A stretch of DNA of 64,000 nt, from contig CAVTWJ010000001.1 in the NCBI GenBank assembly GCA_963738405.1, positions 186,142-250,141 of the forward strand, in the 5' to 3' direction. Shown one piece after another: positions 1 through 9,372 of the stretch. The notes beneath the pieces are model-generated. The model was not told the DNA's origin. It saw only the letters and a program-made list of their open reading frames with translations, and did no database searches. Position 1 is the first letter of the stretch. Each line of letters starts with the position of its first letter. A program made the translations under genes and the position numbers. Origin of the DNA: a candidate division FCPU426 bacterium (lineage in GTDB: Bacteria; Oederibacteriota; Muellerivitia; Muellerivitales; Muellerivitaceae).

Positions 1-1521
1 GGGGACGCTCCAACATCAATTGCTTTGGCCGATCCGACGCAGGTAGTTGGTTATGGTGTTGATATTGGGTTGCTTTTTAGAATCCCTGTATCAAAATACA
101 CGGAAGAATTCCGTTTGGGGGTTGCGTTAAATAACCTTGTGGGTCGGGTTCAATACACGAACGGCCTACAGTTTTCTGATGGAGCGGCACATGTTTCGTT
201 TAGCGTTGGCCCCGGGTATGAAACTTCTCTTCCTCCGGAAATCATTCTTGGCGTAGCCTATAAAAATAATTATCTCTTCAAAATCCGTAATATAACTGAT
301 TTGGATTTTGATCAGATTTCCGATCCTCGGTTCGATGATTCTTCGCTTGCTTTGGCAAACAAATTCTTGCGTTTTGGGACGGAATTTTGGTTTTTCAAAG
401 ATGTTTTGGGCTTGCGGGCCGGTTATTCTACTCCTTTTATTAGTCCAGGTACGATCTCATTGGGCCTGAGCGTTCGCGTTCTTAATGGGGATTTTCAATC
501 TGATTTAGCTTATTTAATGCCAGTTGGCCCCGAGGCCGATATTCAAGCCGGGTCATCACTCCAAACGATCGATCAAGGTGGAATAAATTATGAGCCGTTC
601 CATATAGCCTTAGCATATAGGTTTGGGGGAGGTGAAGAATTACCGCCGCCCAAGGTTGACGCTTATGTTCAACCGCCTTCATTTACTCCGTCGCAAGGGG
701 AATCAACAACTTTCTATTTAGATACCACGGAAGATGTTCCGGTCCAACGCTGGAGTGTATTGATTTATGATCAAAATAATCATCTGGTGAGAAGGTTGCA
801 AGGACAGGGAACCCCTCCAACGAAAATAGTCTGGGGTGGCGAAGATGATTTATATCGCCCTTTGCCTGGGGGCGTTTATTCTTGGGCTTTTCAAGTGGAA
901 GACCAACTTGACCACATTGGGTCAACGCCCGTTATGACAGTTGAATTAATTACCCCTCCGGCGCCTTTGGCGAAGGATGCATCAAAACTAATGGCCATTC
1001 GACAGCAAGAAGCGGCCCTTTTGACTCAGGAAAGGGCAAATCTCACTTCTTTGGCGCAGCAAACATTAAAGGCGCTTTTGGGCGAGAGTAATTCAAACAC
1101 TTCATTGGCGGCATCCATGCCCACGCCGGTAGATAGTGCGGGTAATACCCAGTACCCGGAAACAGGGGGCGTCCCATCAATCGGATTCCCAACTCTCACT
1201 CCTGATCAGCCCTTAAACGCACATTTTGACAAGAATCCAAATGGAGATGAGATTATTGCAGTAAGTTATAAATCGCAACAAAGTTATGTCCCCTATTTAT
1301 ACCAAGAAGCGGCGGACGTTATTAAAACAACCGTCAATTCAGTAGGAACGGGTTTAAAAGAGATTTCGACTCGTGTATATTATGGAAAAAATGAATTGGA
1401 TCTGGTGACGGCTACCCAAGCTGCCGCCAATTATGCTTCTGGTAAGATTAGTCAATTGCAACTTATGCAATTGTCAGACATCCATATCAATGGTGTGAAG
1501 GTGGGGCCGAATGGTTATTAG
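1..1521 (+). CDS. PorV/PorQ-like outer-membrane barrel fused to FlgD-Ig/CTD-like domain (5' end outside window)
   Basis: Frame is open from the window start. Barrel strands (GVDIGLLF, GTEFWF, LGLRAGY, IALAYRF), then PPSFTP..WSVLIYDQNNHLVRRL..IVWGGED..LPGGVY, typical of FlgD-Ig/T9SS-CTD-like domains; C-terminus unrecognised. Confidence 0.65.
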   Translation, partial: GDAPTSIALADPTQVVGYGVDIGLLFRIPVSKYTEEFRLGVALNNLVGRVQYTNGLQFSDGAAHVSFSVGPGYETSLPPEIILGVAYKNNYLFKIRNITDLDFDQISDPRFDDSSLALANKFLRFGTEFWFFKDVLGLRAGYSTPFISPGTISLGLSVRVLNGDFQSDLAYLMPVGPEADIQAGSSLQTIDQGGINYEPFHIALAYRFGGGEELPPPKVDAYVQPPSFTPSQGESTTFYLDTTEDVPVQRWSVLIYDQNNHLVRRLQGQGTPPTKIVWGGEDDLYRPLPGGVYSWAFQVEDQLDHIGSTPVMTVELITPPAPLAKDASKLMAIRQQEAALLTQERANLTSLAQQTLKALLGESNSNTSLAASMPTPVDSAGNTQYPETGGVPSIGFPTLTPDQPLNAHFDKNPNGDEIIAVSYKSQQSYVPYLYQEAADVIKTTVNSVGTGLKEISTRVYYGKNELDLVTATQAAANYASGKISQLQLMQLSDIHINGVKVGPNGY

Positions 1522-3079
1522 GTTTGCAACCTTATCGATTCTTATTGGGATATCCATTTTAGGGCGACCTGTCCAAGCGGCGTTTGATAAGGGGGGGGTG
1601 ACAGGAGATGGGGCTCGACCGCTAGGTATGGGTGGTGCTTTTGCTAGTGTTGCGGATTCTTCCGATGCGGTTTTTTACAACCCTGCTGGTTTAGTCCAAG
1701 TATTGCGGCCAGAGATTACCGGAATGGGAGCTGTTCTTTTGAACGGTAAGGAAGATCTTTTTGATCTGACTTATGTTCAACCTTTTGCGGATCAAATGGC
1801 TTGGGCCTTATCCACTCAACAGCTTTTGTTTTCGGATGGCACAGAAAATGATCGAATTTATATTGGATCTTTTGCGGCTCCTCTTGCAGTAGATAAATCG
1901 ATTTCATTTGGTATCAGCGCCAAACTTTATGGGGTGGATTCGCCCACGCAACCGGGGTTTCAAGCCAGTGGATTTGGTTTGGATATGGGTTTTCTATATC
2001 ATCTTCCCATTTATGACCCCCGATACGGAAAACAAATTAACATAGGGCTTTGCGCTCAAGATTTGGACACCTCCATCCAATGGCAAGCTGGAAACACTGA
2101 TCCGGTGGCCTTGGCTGTTAAGGGGGGAGTCAGCTATGAATTTACAGATGATTTGGTTACGGCCTGGGAATTCGAAACTATCAATGATCCCAATGTTGGC
2201 CAGCATACCCTTCTTCATGCCGGAATCGAAGGTTGGTTTTTTTCTGATCAATTAGGTTTGCGGACCGGTTATTCCGATTTCATGACATTGCCGGGCCAAT
2301 TTACGGCTGGCATCAGTTACCGTTCTCATACATGGGGAATCGATTATGCTTACATTGGTCATGCGCAATATTTAGGTTCTTCCCACCGTATTTCAGCTAG
2401 TTGGCGATTTGGGGATTCGTTTTTGGGAAAGGTGAAAAGTTTTATACCCGAGGGAGTTACTTCTTATGTCGATGGTGACATTATCACCCTTCGTTGGATC
2501 AATTCACCTTCCATTTCTCTAGCGGGTTACAATGTTTATTTTTCCAAAACCACCGGTAGTGGGTATATAAAGATAAATCAAAAGCCAATAAAAGCAAATT
2601 ACTATTCCTTGCGAGGATTGGAAAAAAATACCCATTACTACTTTGTTGTAACTTCTATGACAAATACCGTTCCCCCTGTTGAAAGCCAATACTCCCGAGA
2701 GGTTATTGCCGGAACAACATCTGCTCCTGGAGCTCCCATAGTGGTTCAAAGCGAGTTGCAAAATGAAGGGGTTATTGATATTGCACGACAAGCCGGAATG
2801 GCAGGGTTCCCAGATCCTAGTAAAAATGGTTTAAAAGGTTATAATATCTACGTTTCAGAGGTGTCTGGTGGACGTTTTGATAAGGTGAATGCCCAGCCGA
2901 TAGCGAATGTGCCTACATATCTTGTCCGGAAATTGAAAGTTGGACAACGATATTTCTTTTCTTTCACATCTGTTGGGTCAGATGGAACAGAAAGTGCTAG
3001 ATCTCGAGAGGTTTCTGTTGTTGCGTTGCCTTATAGTACCGTTATTCAACCAACTTCAACGACCTCGACGTCTCATTAA
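1511..3079 (+). CDS. PorV/PorQ (UPF0164)-family barrel with two fibronectin type III domains
   Basis: Signal peptide, GARPLGMGGAF..AVFYNPAGL motif, SHRISASWRF barrel end; two LAGYNVY/LKGYNIY..Y.F..TS..ES..S.EV Fn3 repeats. Confidence 0.75.
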   Translation: MVIRFATLSILIGISILGRPVQAAFDKGGVTGDGARPLGMGGAFASVADSSDAVFYNPAGLVQVLRPEITGMGAVLLNGKEDLFDLTYVQPFADQMAWALSTQQLLFSDGTENDRIYIGSFAAPLAVDKSISFGISAKLYGVDSPTQPGFQASGFGLDMGFLYHLPIYDPRYGKQINIGLCAQDLDTSIQWQAGNTDPVALAVKGGVSYEFTDDLVTAWEFETINDPNVGQHTLLHAGIEGWFFSDQLGLRTGYSDFMTLPGQFTAGISYRSHTWGIDYAYIGHAQYLGSSHRISASWRFGDSFLGKVKSFIPEGVTSYVDGDIITLRWINSPSISLAGYNVYFSKTTGSGYIKINQKPIKANYYSLRGLEKNTHYYFVVTSMTNTVPPVESQYSREVIAGTTSAPGAPIVVQSELQNEGVIDIARQAGMAGFPDPSKNGLKGYNIYVSEVSGGRFDKVNAQPIANVPTYLVRKLKVGQRYFFSFTSVGSDGTESARSREVSVVALPYSTVIQPTSTTSTSH

Positions 3080-3099
3080 ACTGATATTGGAGTAATTCA

Positions 3100-3885
3100 T
3101 TGCCTAGCGGTTTATACATTGCGGCATCGGGAATGAATGCGACTTTGGCCCGTCAAGATGTCATTTCTAATAATTTGGCCAATGCGAACACGGTCGGCTT
3201 TAAACAAAATCGATCAGTTGATATCGCATTTCCAACATATCTTATTGCCCGGCTTCATGATCAACGTCTAAAGGTTATGGATGGAACGGCTGAATTGCGA
3301 CCCTCCATTGGCGTAATGGGTGGCGGAGTGATTCCTCAAACGGTTGCGACTGACTATTCACAAGGGGCCCATCTTGAAACTCAAAGCCCGCTGGATTTTG
3401 CGCTAAATGGTCCGGGTTTTTTTTCCGTGCTGGGGACGAATGGGAAAACATTTCTAACTCGAGATGGAAATTTTAGCTTGGATTCAAATGGTCGTCTTGT
3501 GACGAAAGATGGGTTGCCCGTGTTGGGCCACAATGGCGAAATATATATCGATGGAACCCAGGTAACAGCTGACCAAGAAGGTAATTTGACAGTCGACGGA
3601 AAAGCTTTGGATCAACTTCTGATTGTTAAAGTGAAAAACGAGAATCAACTAACTAAGGTGGGGCATTCGTTGTTTCAGGTTGAAGCCAAAAATCAAGTTG
3701 AGTTAATGCCTGAAGATGTTCAAGTTCAACAGGGCTTTTTAGAACAATCGAATGTGAATTCAATGTCGGAAATGGTTAATATGATTGATACCTACAGATC
3801 CTATGAACTGAATTCTCGAATCATTGCTTCATATGATCATTTAATGGGAGAGGCAGCTTCGCAAATTGGGTCGCTGAAAGTTTGA
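3100..3885 (+). CDS. flgF: flagellar basal-body rod protein FlgF
   Basis: SNNLANANTVGFK, TRDGNF, LEQSNVN motifs; precedes flgG. Confidence 0.9.
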   Translation: MPSGLYIAASGMNATLARQDVISNNLANANTVGFKQNRSVDIAFPTYLIARLHDQRLKVMDGTAELRPSIGVMGGGVIPQTVATDYSQGAHLETQSPLDFALNGPGFFSVLGTNGKTFLTRDGNFSLDSNGRLVTKDGLPVLGHNGEIYIDGTQVTADQEGNLTVDGKALDQLLIVKVKNENQLTKVGHSLFQVEAKNQVELMPEDVQVQQGFLEQSNVNSMSEMVNMIDTYRSYELNSRIIASYDHLMGEAASQIGSLKV

Positions 3886-3912
3886 TAATGGGTTAGTAGA
3901 CGTTTAATTTTT

Positions 3913-3992
3913 ACGGCCGGACTGCTTTTGCGGAGGCCGTTTTACCGCTGAACGATTGAGGCGGTATTGTTCAAGCTGATAGAGGGCTTGAA
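3913..3992 (+). promoter_or_regulatory. structured flgG leader (three hairpins; first shares motif with flgE leader)
   Basis: acggcc-GGA-ctgc-tttt-gcgg-A-ggccgt (3913-3940); taccgc..gcggta (3943-3966); ttcaagc..gcttgaa (3970-3992); SD AGGAGG follows. Confidence 0.6.
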
Positions 3993-4007
3993 ACCAAGGA
4001 GGCTTCC

Positions 4008-4808
4008 ATGATGCAGTCGCTTTACACGGCCGCGACAGGTATGGCCGCACAGCAGTTGAATATCGATACGATTTCGAACAACCTCGCTAACGTCAGCACA
4101 ACAGGCTTTAAAAAACAACGTGTTGATTTCCAAGATCTACTTTACATCAATCTGAAACCTTCCGGGACTCCAACTTCACCTGATACCAATACTCCGGTTG
4201 GACTGCAAATCGGCGAGGGAGTTAAGCCGGTTTCTACACAGCGCATATTCACTGAGGGCGCGATACAAAATACCAATAACCCATTGGATATTCTTATCGA
4301 AGGAAACGATAGTTTCTTTCAAGTGACCTTACCAAACGGTGAAACGGCCTATACCCGGGACGGATCGTTCACTCAAGATGCGAACGGAAATATCGTTACC
4401 GCCGATGGATATTTTTTAAATCCGCCAACACAGCTTCCTGCAGACACATCCTCTATTCAAATTACCACCAATGGCCAGATCATGGTGCAAACAGCAAGCA
4501 GTGCCGGCCAATCAGTTCAAGTTGGGCAGTTGGAACTTACTCGGTTTGTAAATCCCGCAGGTTTGATGGCCACGGGGAACAATTTATTCCTTGCAACGGC
4601 GGCTTCGGGAGATCCAATTCAGGGTACGCCTGGATCGACGGGATTTCCTAACGTTCAGCAGGGTTCTTTGGAAGAATCAAACGTTGATGTTGTCGATGAA
4701 ATGGTTAACCTCATCGTGGCTCAAAGGGCTTATGAACTTAATTCAAAAGCGGTCTCGACCTCCGATTCCATGCTCTATGATATTACAACGATGAAGCAGT
4801 TCCCCTGA
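4008..4808 (+). CDS. flgG: flagellar distal rod protein FlgG
   Basis: SNNLANVSTTGFKK, FQDLLY, GLQIGEGV, YTRDGSF, AQRAYELNSK; AGGAGG SD. Confidence 0.96.
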   Translation: MMQSLYTAATGMAAQQLNIDTISNNLANVSTTGFKKQRVDFQDLLYINLKPSGTPTSPDTNTPVGLQIGEGVKPVSTQRIFTEGAIQNTNNPLDILIEGNDSFFQVTLPNGETAYTRDGSFTQDANGNIVTADGYFLNPPTQLPADTSSIQITTNGQIMVQTASSAGQSVQVGQLELTRFVNPAGLMATGNNLFLATAASGDPIQGTPGSTGFPNVQQGSLEESNVDVVDEMVNLIVAQRAYELNSKAVSTSDSMLYDITTMKQFP

Positions 4809-4820
4809 TGATTTAGCCGC

Positions 4821-5798
4821 ATGAGGATTTTGGTTTTAATGGGCCTGTTTGGGTGCGGAGTTTGCCATATGCCCCTGTTATGTGCTGAAAAAACAGTAAC
4901 CATTCGTCTGGTTGATCAAGCTACCGTTGCGGGACCGAATATCGTTTTGGGTGACATAGCTGTGTTGGACGGTGAGGATAAAGTTGAGGTTGATCGCTTG
5001 GACCGAATGGTAGTGGAAAGGGCCGCGCCAATGGGGCAGAAGGTATCCGTTGCCCAAACCGCTATAAAAATAGCTCTTAGTCGAGAAGGTTATTCCCCGA
5101 ATGAGGTTCAACTTGTGGGCGCTGAATCATCCCTGGTTTTGACACAGACCCAGGAAGTGACTCCCGGCCAATTGTTAGTGGCTGCTCAATCTTTTATTCT
5201 TTCCCAGACCGGGGAAGATCCGAGAAATTTGAAAATTAAGCTTTTGGGGCCGCTAAAAAATCTGGTGATCCCAACTGGGAATTTGGGGATTCATTATCGT
5301 CCGGCCCTTGTTGGGCAATACGAAGGCGTGCAAATATTAACTGCTGAATTGACCGTTGATGGTCGCAGTATTCGATTGGTTCCTGTTAGGTTGGATGCTC
5401 AGATTCTTCATGCCGTTGTTCAAACCACCAGGGCCATAAGCAAAGGGGATAAATTTACGGTTGATAATGTTTCGCTAGGGACGCTTCCCACCTCGCAAAT
5501 TTTAAAGGGAACCCTTCAACACCTAGATGACGTCTTAGGCCGGAGCGCGGCCTTTGATCTAAAATCTGGGACTCCGGTTCGTTTTAGCGAAATAAATGAC
5601 CCTCCGGTTATACGCCACGGTAGCATTGTTCAGGCATTTGTTGAAACCGGAAATATAGAAATCGTTGTTCATGCGCGGGCCGTCGCCGATGGAAAAGCCG
5701 GTGAAGAGATCCTTGTTGAAAACACTGATTCACATAAAATCTTGAAAGCCAAGGTTTTGGATGAAAACAGTGTTTTAATTGACCCGATGAAGCCGTGA
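4821..5798 (+). CDS. flgA: P-ring assembly chaperone FlgA
   Basis: Signal peptide, SAF-like region, C-terminal ADGKAGEEILVENTDSHKILKAKV; between flgG and flgH. Confidence 0.88.
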   Translation: MRILVLMGLFGCGVCHMPLLCAEKTVTIRLVDQATVAGPNIVLGDIAVLDGEDKVEVDRLDRMVVERAAPMGQKVSVAQTAIKIALSREGYSPNEVQLVGAESSLVLTQTQEVTPGQLLVAAQSFILSQTGEDPRNLKIKLLGPLKNLVIPTGNLGIHYRPALVGQYEGVQILTAELTVDGRSIRLVPVRLDAQILHAVVQTTRAISKGDKFTVDNVSLGTLPTSQILKGTLQHLDDVLGRSAAFDLKSGTPVRFSEINDPPVIRHGSIVQAFVETGNIEIVVHARAVADGKAGEEILVENTDSHKILKAKVLDENSVLIDPMKP

Positions 5799-5813
5799 GT
5801 TGCGGGAGGAAAT

Positions 5814-6437
5814 ATGTGTTATAAAATGTTAAGAATTTTGTGGTTCGGGATGATATGGCTGGTTTTGCCACCCCAAATTGTAAGGGCGGATTCTATCTAT
5901 CCGCTTGAGGGTTCCTCCTCTATCTATACTGAGAAACGTGCCCACAGGGTTGGTGATGTCATTACAGTCATGATTCAAGAAGACACGCAGGCAAGCCAAG
6001 GCGCCAGCAGTCAAAACCAAAAAACGGCCAGTCTGGCTTTAGGAGCTGGGACCGGATACTTGGGAGCTGGTACCTACGGTTCAAACATATTAAACAGCAA
6101 TAGCCAAATCGGTGTTGGGGCCAGTTCTGGACATCAAGGTCAAGGCTCGACGAGTCGTGGAACAACCATTACGGGTCAAATGACGGCAAAGATCGTTTCG
6201 GTGCTACCCAATGGGAATTTCCAGATTGAGGGAGCAAGGTATGTTGAGGTTAATGAGGAAAAACAAACGGTCGAAGTGGTCGGAGAAATAAGGCCAGATG
6301 ATATTTCAAGGGACAACACAGTGCCTTCATCGCGCGTGGCAGACGCTAAGATTAAAATTACGGGGACGGGCCCGGCCTCCGAATCGGCTAAACCGGGAAT
6401 TCTTACTCGTGTACTGGGTTGGTTGGGTCTTTTTTAA
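5814..6437 (+). CDS. flgH: flagellar L-ring protein FlgH
   Basis: RAHRVGDVITV, VLPNGNFQIEG, GEIRPDDI..NTVPSSRVADAKI. Confidence 0.93.
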   Translation: MCYKMLRILWFGMIWLVLPPQIVRADSIYPLEGSSSIYTEKRAHRVGDVITVMIQEDTQASQGASSQNQKTASLALGAGTGYLGAGTYGSNILNSNSQIGVGASSGHQGQGSTSRGTTITGQMTAKIVSVLPNGNFQIEGARYVEVNEEKQTVEVVGEIRPDDISRDNTVPSSRVADAKIKITGTGPASESAKPGILTRVLGWLGLF

Positions 6438-6447
6438 AGGAAAAAAC

Positions 6448-7566
6448 ATGAAGAATAATTTAGGTTTTCTTGGCGGATTAATCCTTGCTTTCGTGACAAT
6501 TGGATATTTACCAGTAAATGCCGCTCAGGTACGCCTCAAGACGATCGCACAAGTTAAGGGCGTTCGAGAAAATCAGTTGATAGGATATGGCTTGGTGGTA
6601 GGTCTACAACGAACCGGTGATACTCAAAGGGTCGTTTCCACCCTTCAAAGTATTACCAACATGCTTATGCAATTCGGCATAAAAATTAATTCTGATCAAA
6701 TTCGGACCCAGAATGTTGCCGCAGTCATGGTAACGGCCCAGTTACCAGCGCTTTTGCAATCAGGAGACAAAATCGATGTCGTTGTTTCCTCGGTAGGAGA
6801 CGCTCGGAGCCTTCAAGGCGGAAATTTGCTAATGACCCCGCTCCAAGGCCCGGATGGTCAAGTTTACGCTGTTGCCCAAGGACCTCTCGCTGTTGGGGGC
6901 TATTCGGACAACACCGGAGAATTTCCTCTTATCCAGGTGGATACGACTACCACGGGTCGGGTTCCTAATGGTGCCATGGTAGAAAGGGAAGTGCCGTCTT
7001 CATTCATTGACAACAACACCATTTCAATCCTTTTGGATCGTCCGGATTTCAGTCAAGCGTCGCTTGTGACGCAAGCATTGAACCAGCAATTTGGTGAACC
7101 AGTGGCACGGGCGGTTGACGGCGGACAAATTGATGTGAAATTACCTCCCAATTACCAAGATAACATTGTGGATTTCATCGCGGCCGTGGAAGAAACACAA
7201 GTTCAAACGGATTCCCCTGCCAGCAGAGTTGTTGTAAACGAAAGAACGGGAACGGTAGTTTTGGGACAGGATGTTCGAATCGACGCCGTCGCGATCGCAC
7301 ATGGGAATCTTCGTTTGGTTATCAAGAAAACAACCCAAATATCTCATGACGCTGTCTTTGGCCATGATGAATTGACACACACGACAACCGTTTCCGCAGA
7401 AGATACGGGCAAACAAGGAAACTTAGTTGTCCTTCCAGAAGGCGCAACACTTCTTGACATCGTAACCGCAGTTAACGCGGTTGGCGCGACTCCGCGGGAC
7501 CTTATTTCTATTCTTCAGGCGATTAAGGAAGCGGGGGCTCTTCACGCGGATCTAACGATTCTTTAA
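6448..7566 (+). CDS. flgI: flagellar P-ring protein FlgI
   Basis: GVRENQLIGYGLVVGL, NVAAVMVTA, LISILQAIKEAGALHA; ATG at 6448 after AAAGGA is preferred over the ORF start at 6298. Confidence 0.96.
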   Translation: MKNNLGFLGGLILAFVTIGYLPVNAAQVRLKTIAQVKGVRENQLIGYGLVVGLQRTGDTQRVVSTLQSITNMLMQFGIKINSDQIRTQNVAAVMVTAQLPALLQSGDKIDVVVSSVGDARSLQGGNLLMTPLQGPDGQVYAVAQGPLAVGGYSDNTGEFPLIQVDTTTTGRVPNGAMVEREVPSSFIDNNTISILLDRPDFSQASLVTQALNQQFGEPVARAVDGGQIDVKLPPNYQDNIVDFIAAVEETQVQTDSPASRVVVNERTGTVVLGQDVRIDAVAIAHGNLRLVIKKTTQISHDAVFGHDELTHTTTVSAEDTGKQGNLVVLPEGATLLDIVTAVNAVGATPRDLISILQAIKEAGALHADLTIL

Positions 7567-7580
7567 TTCGGGGGACTGAT

Positions 7581-8039
7581 TTGAATCCAAGTGTTGCAGC
7601 GGTGAATAACCTTCAACCCTTTATTCATGCCGTTTCTTCTGGCAATAATTCATTTTCGAGTGACTCCCAATTGGCGGCACAAACGCTCATGGGAAACACG
7701 CTTATGTCTCATGTGCCTTCCTTATCGAATCCAAATCAATTGAATTCCTTGCGGCCTGTTTTTGATCTGAATTCAAACCATGTTCATTCGGAAGCTCAGC
7801 TTCGAAAAGTTTCGAAAGATTTTGAAACGATCTTTTTACAGATGATGTTAAAGGAGATGCGTAATTCCGTTCAAAAGTCTGGCCTTATGGGTGATTCCCA
7901 AGCGACAAGCCTATTTGAGTCAATGCAAGACGAGCAAATTTCCCGTCAACTGGCTTCCGCGGGCGGAATTGGAATTGGAAACATGATTTATGGACAATTA
8001 GAGAAAGCCGTAGCTCCCCATCAAAAATCGTTTAAATGA
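7581..8039 (+). CDS. flgJ: single-domain rod-capping protein FlgJ (rod-binding, no muramidase domain)
   Basis: LRKVSKDFETIFLQMMLKEMR..GGIGIGNMIYGQL. Confidence 0.85.
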   Translation: MNPSVAAVNNLQPFIHAVSSGNNSFSSDSQLAAQTLMGNTLMSHVPSLSNPNQLNSLRPVFDLNSNHVHSEAQLRKVSKDFETIFLQMMLKEMRNSVQKSGLMGDSQATSLFESMQDEQISRQLASAGGIGIGNMIYGQLEKAVAPHQKSFK

Positions 8040-8473
8040 CTTGGGCCAACTGTTCCCGTTGTGGCAAAGCCTATACCCAAATGACGGTTGGAATGAATAT
8101 TTGCCAAATTTGCGCCAAAGAAGAAGACGACAACTTCACGTTGGTTTTTAGGTATCTTTCCACCCGCCCCGCTGCTACAGCCCAAGAAATTGCCCAAGAA
8201 ACCGGTGTTGATATTAAAGAGATTTATAAATATGTGCGGGAAAACCGGCTTCGACTTGTAAAAAATGATGCTGGTTTTTTTTGCGAAGGGTGTGGAGTGC
8301 CCATTTCGCAGGGAAAAAGGTGCGAAAAATGCTTTCGAAAACTGACGATTGAATTTCGAAATGATATAACCAAAACTATGGAAAATCGAAAAAATTCCTC
8401 TGAAAACCATAGTTTTTCCTCTCGTGATCCCCAAAAAGGCCCTAAATACCTTAAAAAATATAGAGGCGAATAA
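8036..8473 (+). CDS. YvyF-like flagellar operon protein (Zn-finger/HTH)
   Basis: NCSRCGK..ICQIC, HTH IAQETGV..YVRENRL, CEGCG..CEKC; lies before flgM as in Firmicutes. Confidence 0.8.
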   Translation: MTWANCSRCGKAYTQMTVGMNICQICAKEEDDNFTLVFRYLSTRPAATAQEIAQETGVDIKEIYKYVRENRLRLVKNDAGFFCEGCGVPISQGKRCEKCFRKLTIEFRNDITKTMENRKNSSENHSFSSRDPQKGPKYLKKYRGE

Positions 8474-8532
8474 AACGAGCCTTTTGAACGGTTTTCCTCC
8501 CTTCTTTTCCACCATTCATCAAAGAATTTAGC

Positions 8533-8559
8533 TCAAGTTTTCCATTTAGGAGCCGTTAG
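8533..8559 (+). promoter_or_regulatory. sigma28 (FliA)-type promoter of flgM
   Basis: TCAAGTTT-N11-GCCGTTAG, matching TAAAGTTT-N11-GCCGATAA spacing; identical boxes recur before flgD. Confidence 0.75.
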
Positions 8560-8587
8560 GTTTATCAGAAAACCTAAGGAGATCCCC

Positions 8588-8875
8588 ATGAAAATCGACG
8601 GATTTCAAAACATCCCAGCCATTCTTCAATCATTTCAAAAAACGACTCAGCCCTCTCAAAAATCTGAAATCGAAGGTTCCTTCAGTTCGGTTTCCTTGAG
8701 CTCGTTTGGGGAAGTGCTTCAGTCTTTGCAACGCCAATCAGCTCAAACTTCTCAGGCAAATGCCAAGAAAATTGAGCAATTAACTCAACAAATCGAATCA
8801 GGCAAGTATCAAGTCGATCTTAATAAACTTGCCACAAAGTTGGTTGATTCAAATATTATCGATTTCAAGGGTTAA
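8588..8875 (+). CDS. flgM: anti-sigma28 factor FlgM
   Basis: SVSLSS..KKIEQLTQQIESGKYQVDLNKLATKL. Confidence 0.88.
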   Translation: MKIDGFQNIPAILQSFQKTTQPSQKSEIEGSFSSVSLSSFGEVLQSLQRQSAQTSQANAKKIEQLTQQIESGKYQVDLNKLATKLVDSNIIDFKG

Positions 8876-8877
8876 TC

Positions 8878-9363
8878 ATGATTCAGCAGTATCAAAAGCT
8901 CGTAGCTGAGTTAAAAAACGAAAGGGCCTGCTATACCCGTTTGGCTTCATTAGCATCGGAGCAAAAACAATTTCTCGTTTCCGGCGAATTGGACAAAGTG
9001 GCCGATAACCTGAAACGTCAAGAAAAAGAGGTTTTTGCCTTATCACCCCTATTGGGTGAAAGAAACGACCTTTCGGACGTCTTGGGGAAGGCTCACAAAA
9101 TATCCAACGCGACTTTGGCCCAAATTATTCAAAACGCGCCACTGGAAATCATTGAAGAGTTAAAAATGGCCGTGATTGATTTGGTTCGCTCGGCCAAGGA
9201 ACTAGAAGACATTAACCAAGGCAACGAAAAGCTCGCGAACAACGCCTTGTCACTCGCCGATTTGACCCTTAAGGCTTTAGTGGGGAAGGGGCGTTCCAAT
9301 TCGGGCTCCCCATCCCCGAAAAAAGAAGAAGCCAAATCGTCTTTCGTCAACCGCGTGGTTTAG
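8878..9363 (+). CDS. flgN: flagellar chaperone FlgN
   Basis: Helical 161 aa with LEDINQGNEKL pattern, between flgM and flgK. Confidence 0.8.
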   Translation: MIQQYQKLVAELKNERACYTRLASLASEQKQFLVSGELDKVADNLKRQEKEVFALSPLLGERNDLSDVLGKAHKISNATLAQIIQNAPLEIIEELKMAVIDLVRSAKELEDINQGNEKLANNALSLADLTLKALVGKGRSNSGSPSPKKEEAKSSFVNRVV

Positions 9364-9372
9364 GAGGCTGGA

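Noticed and set aside
6298..6447. N-terminal extensions given by the ORF track for flgI (also rlmH, the DUF4340-like gene and the CBM lipoprotein)
   Set aside because: They overlap upstream genes or promoters; downstream starts fit better (SD, signal peptide or stop-start overlap).
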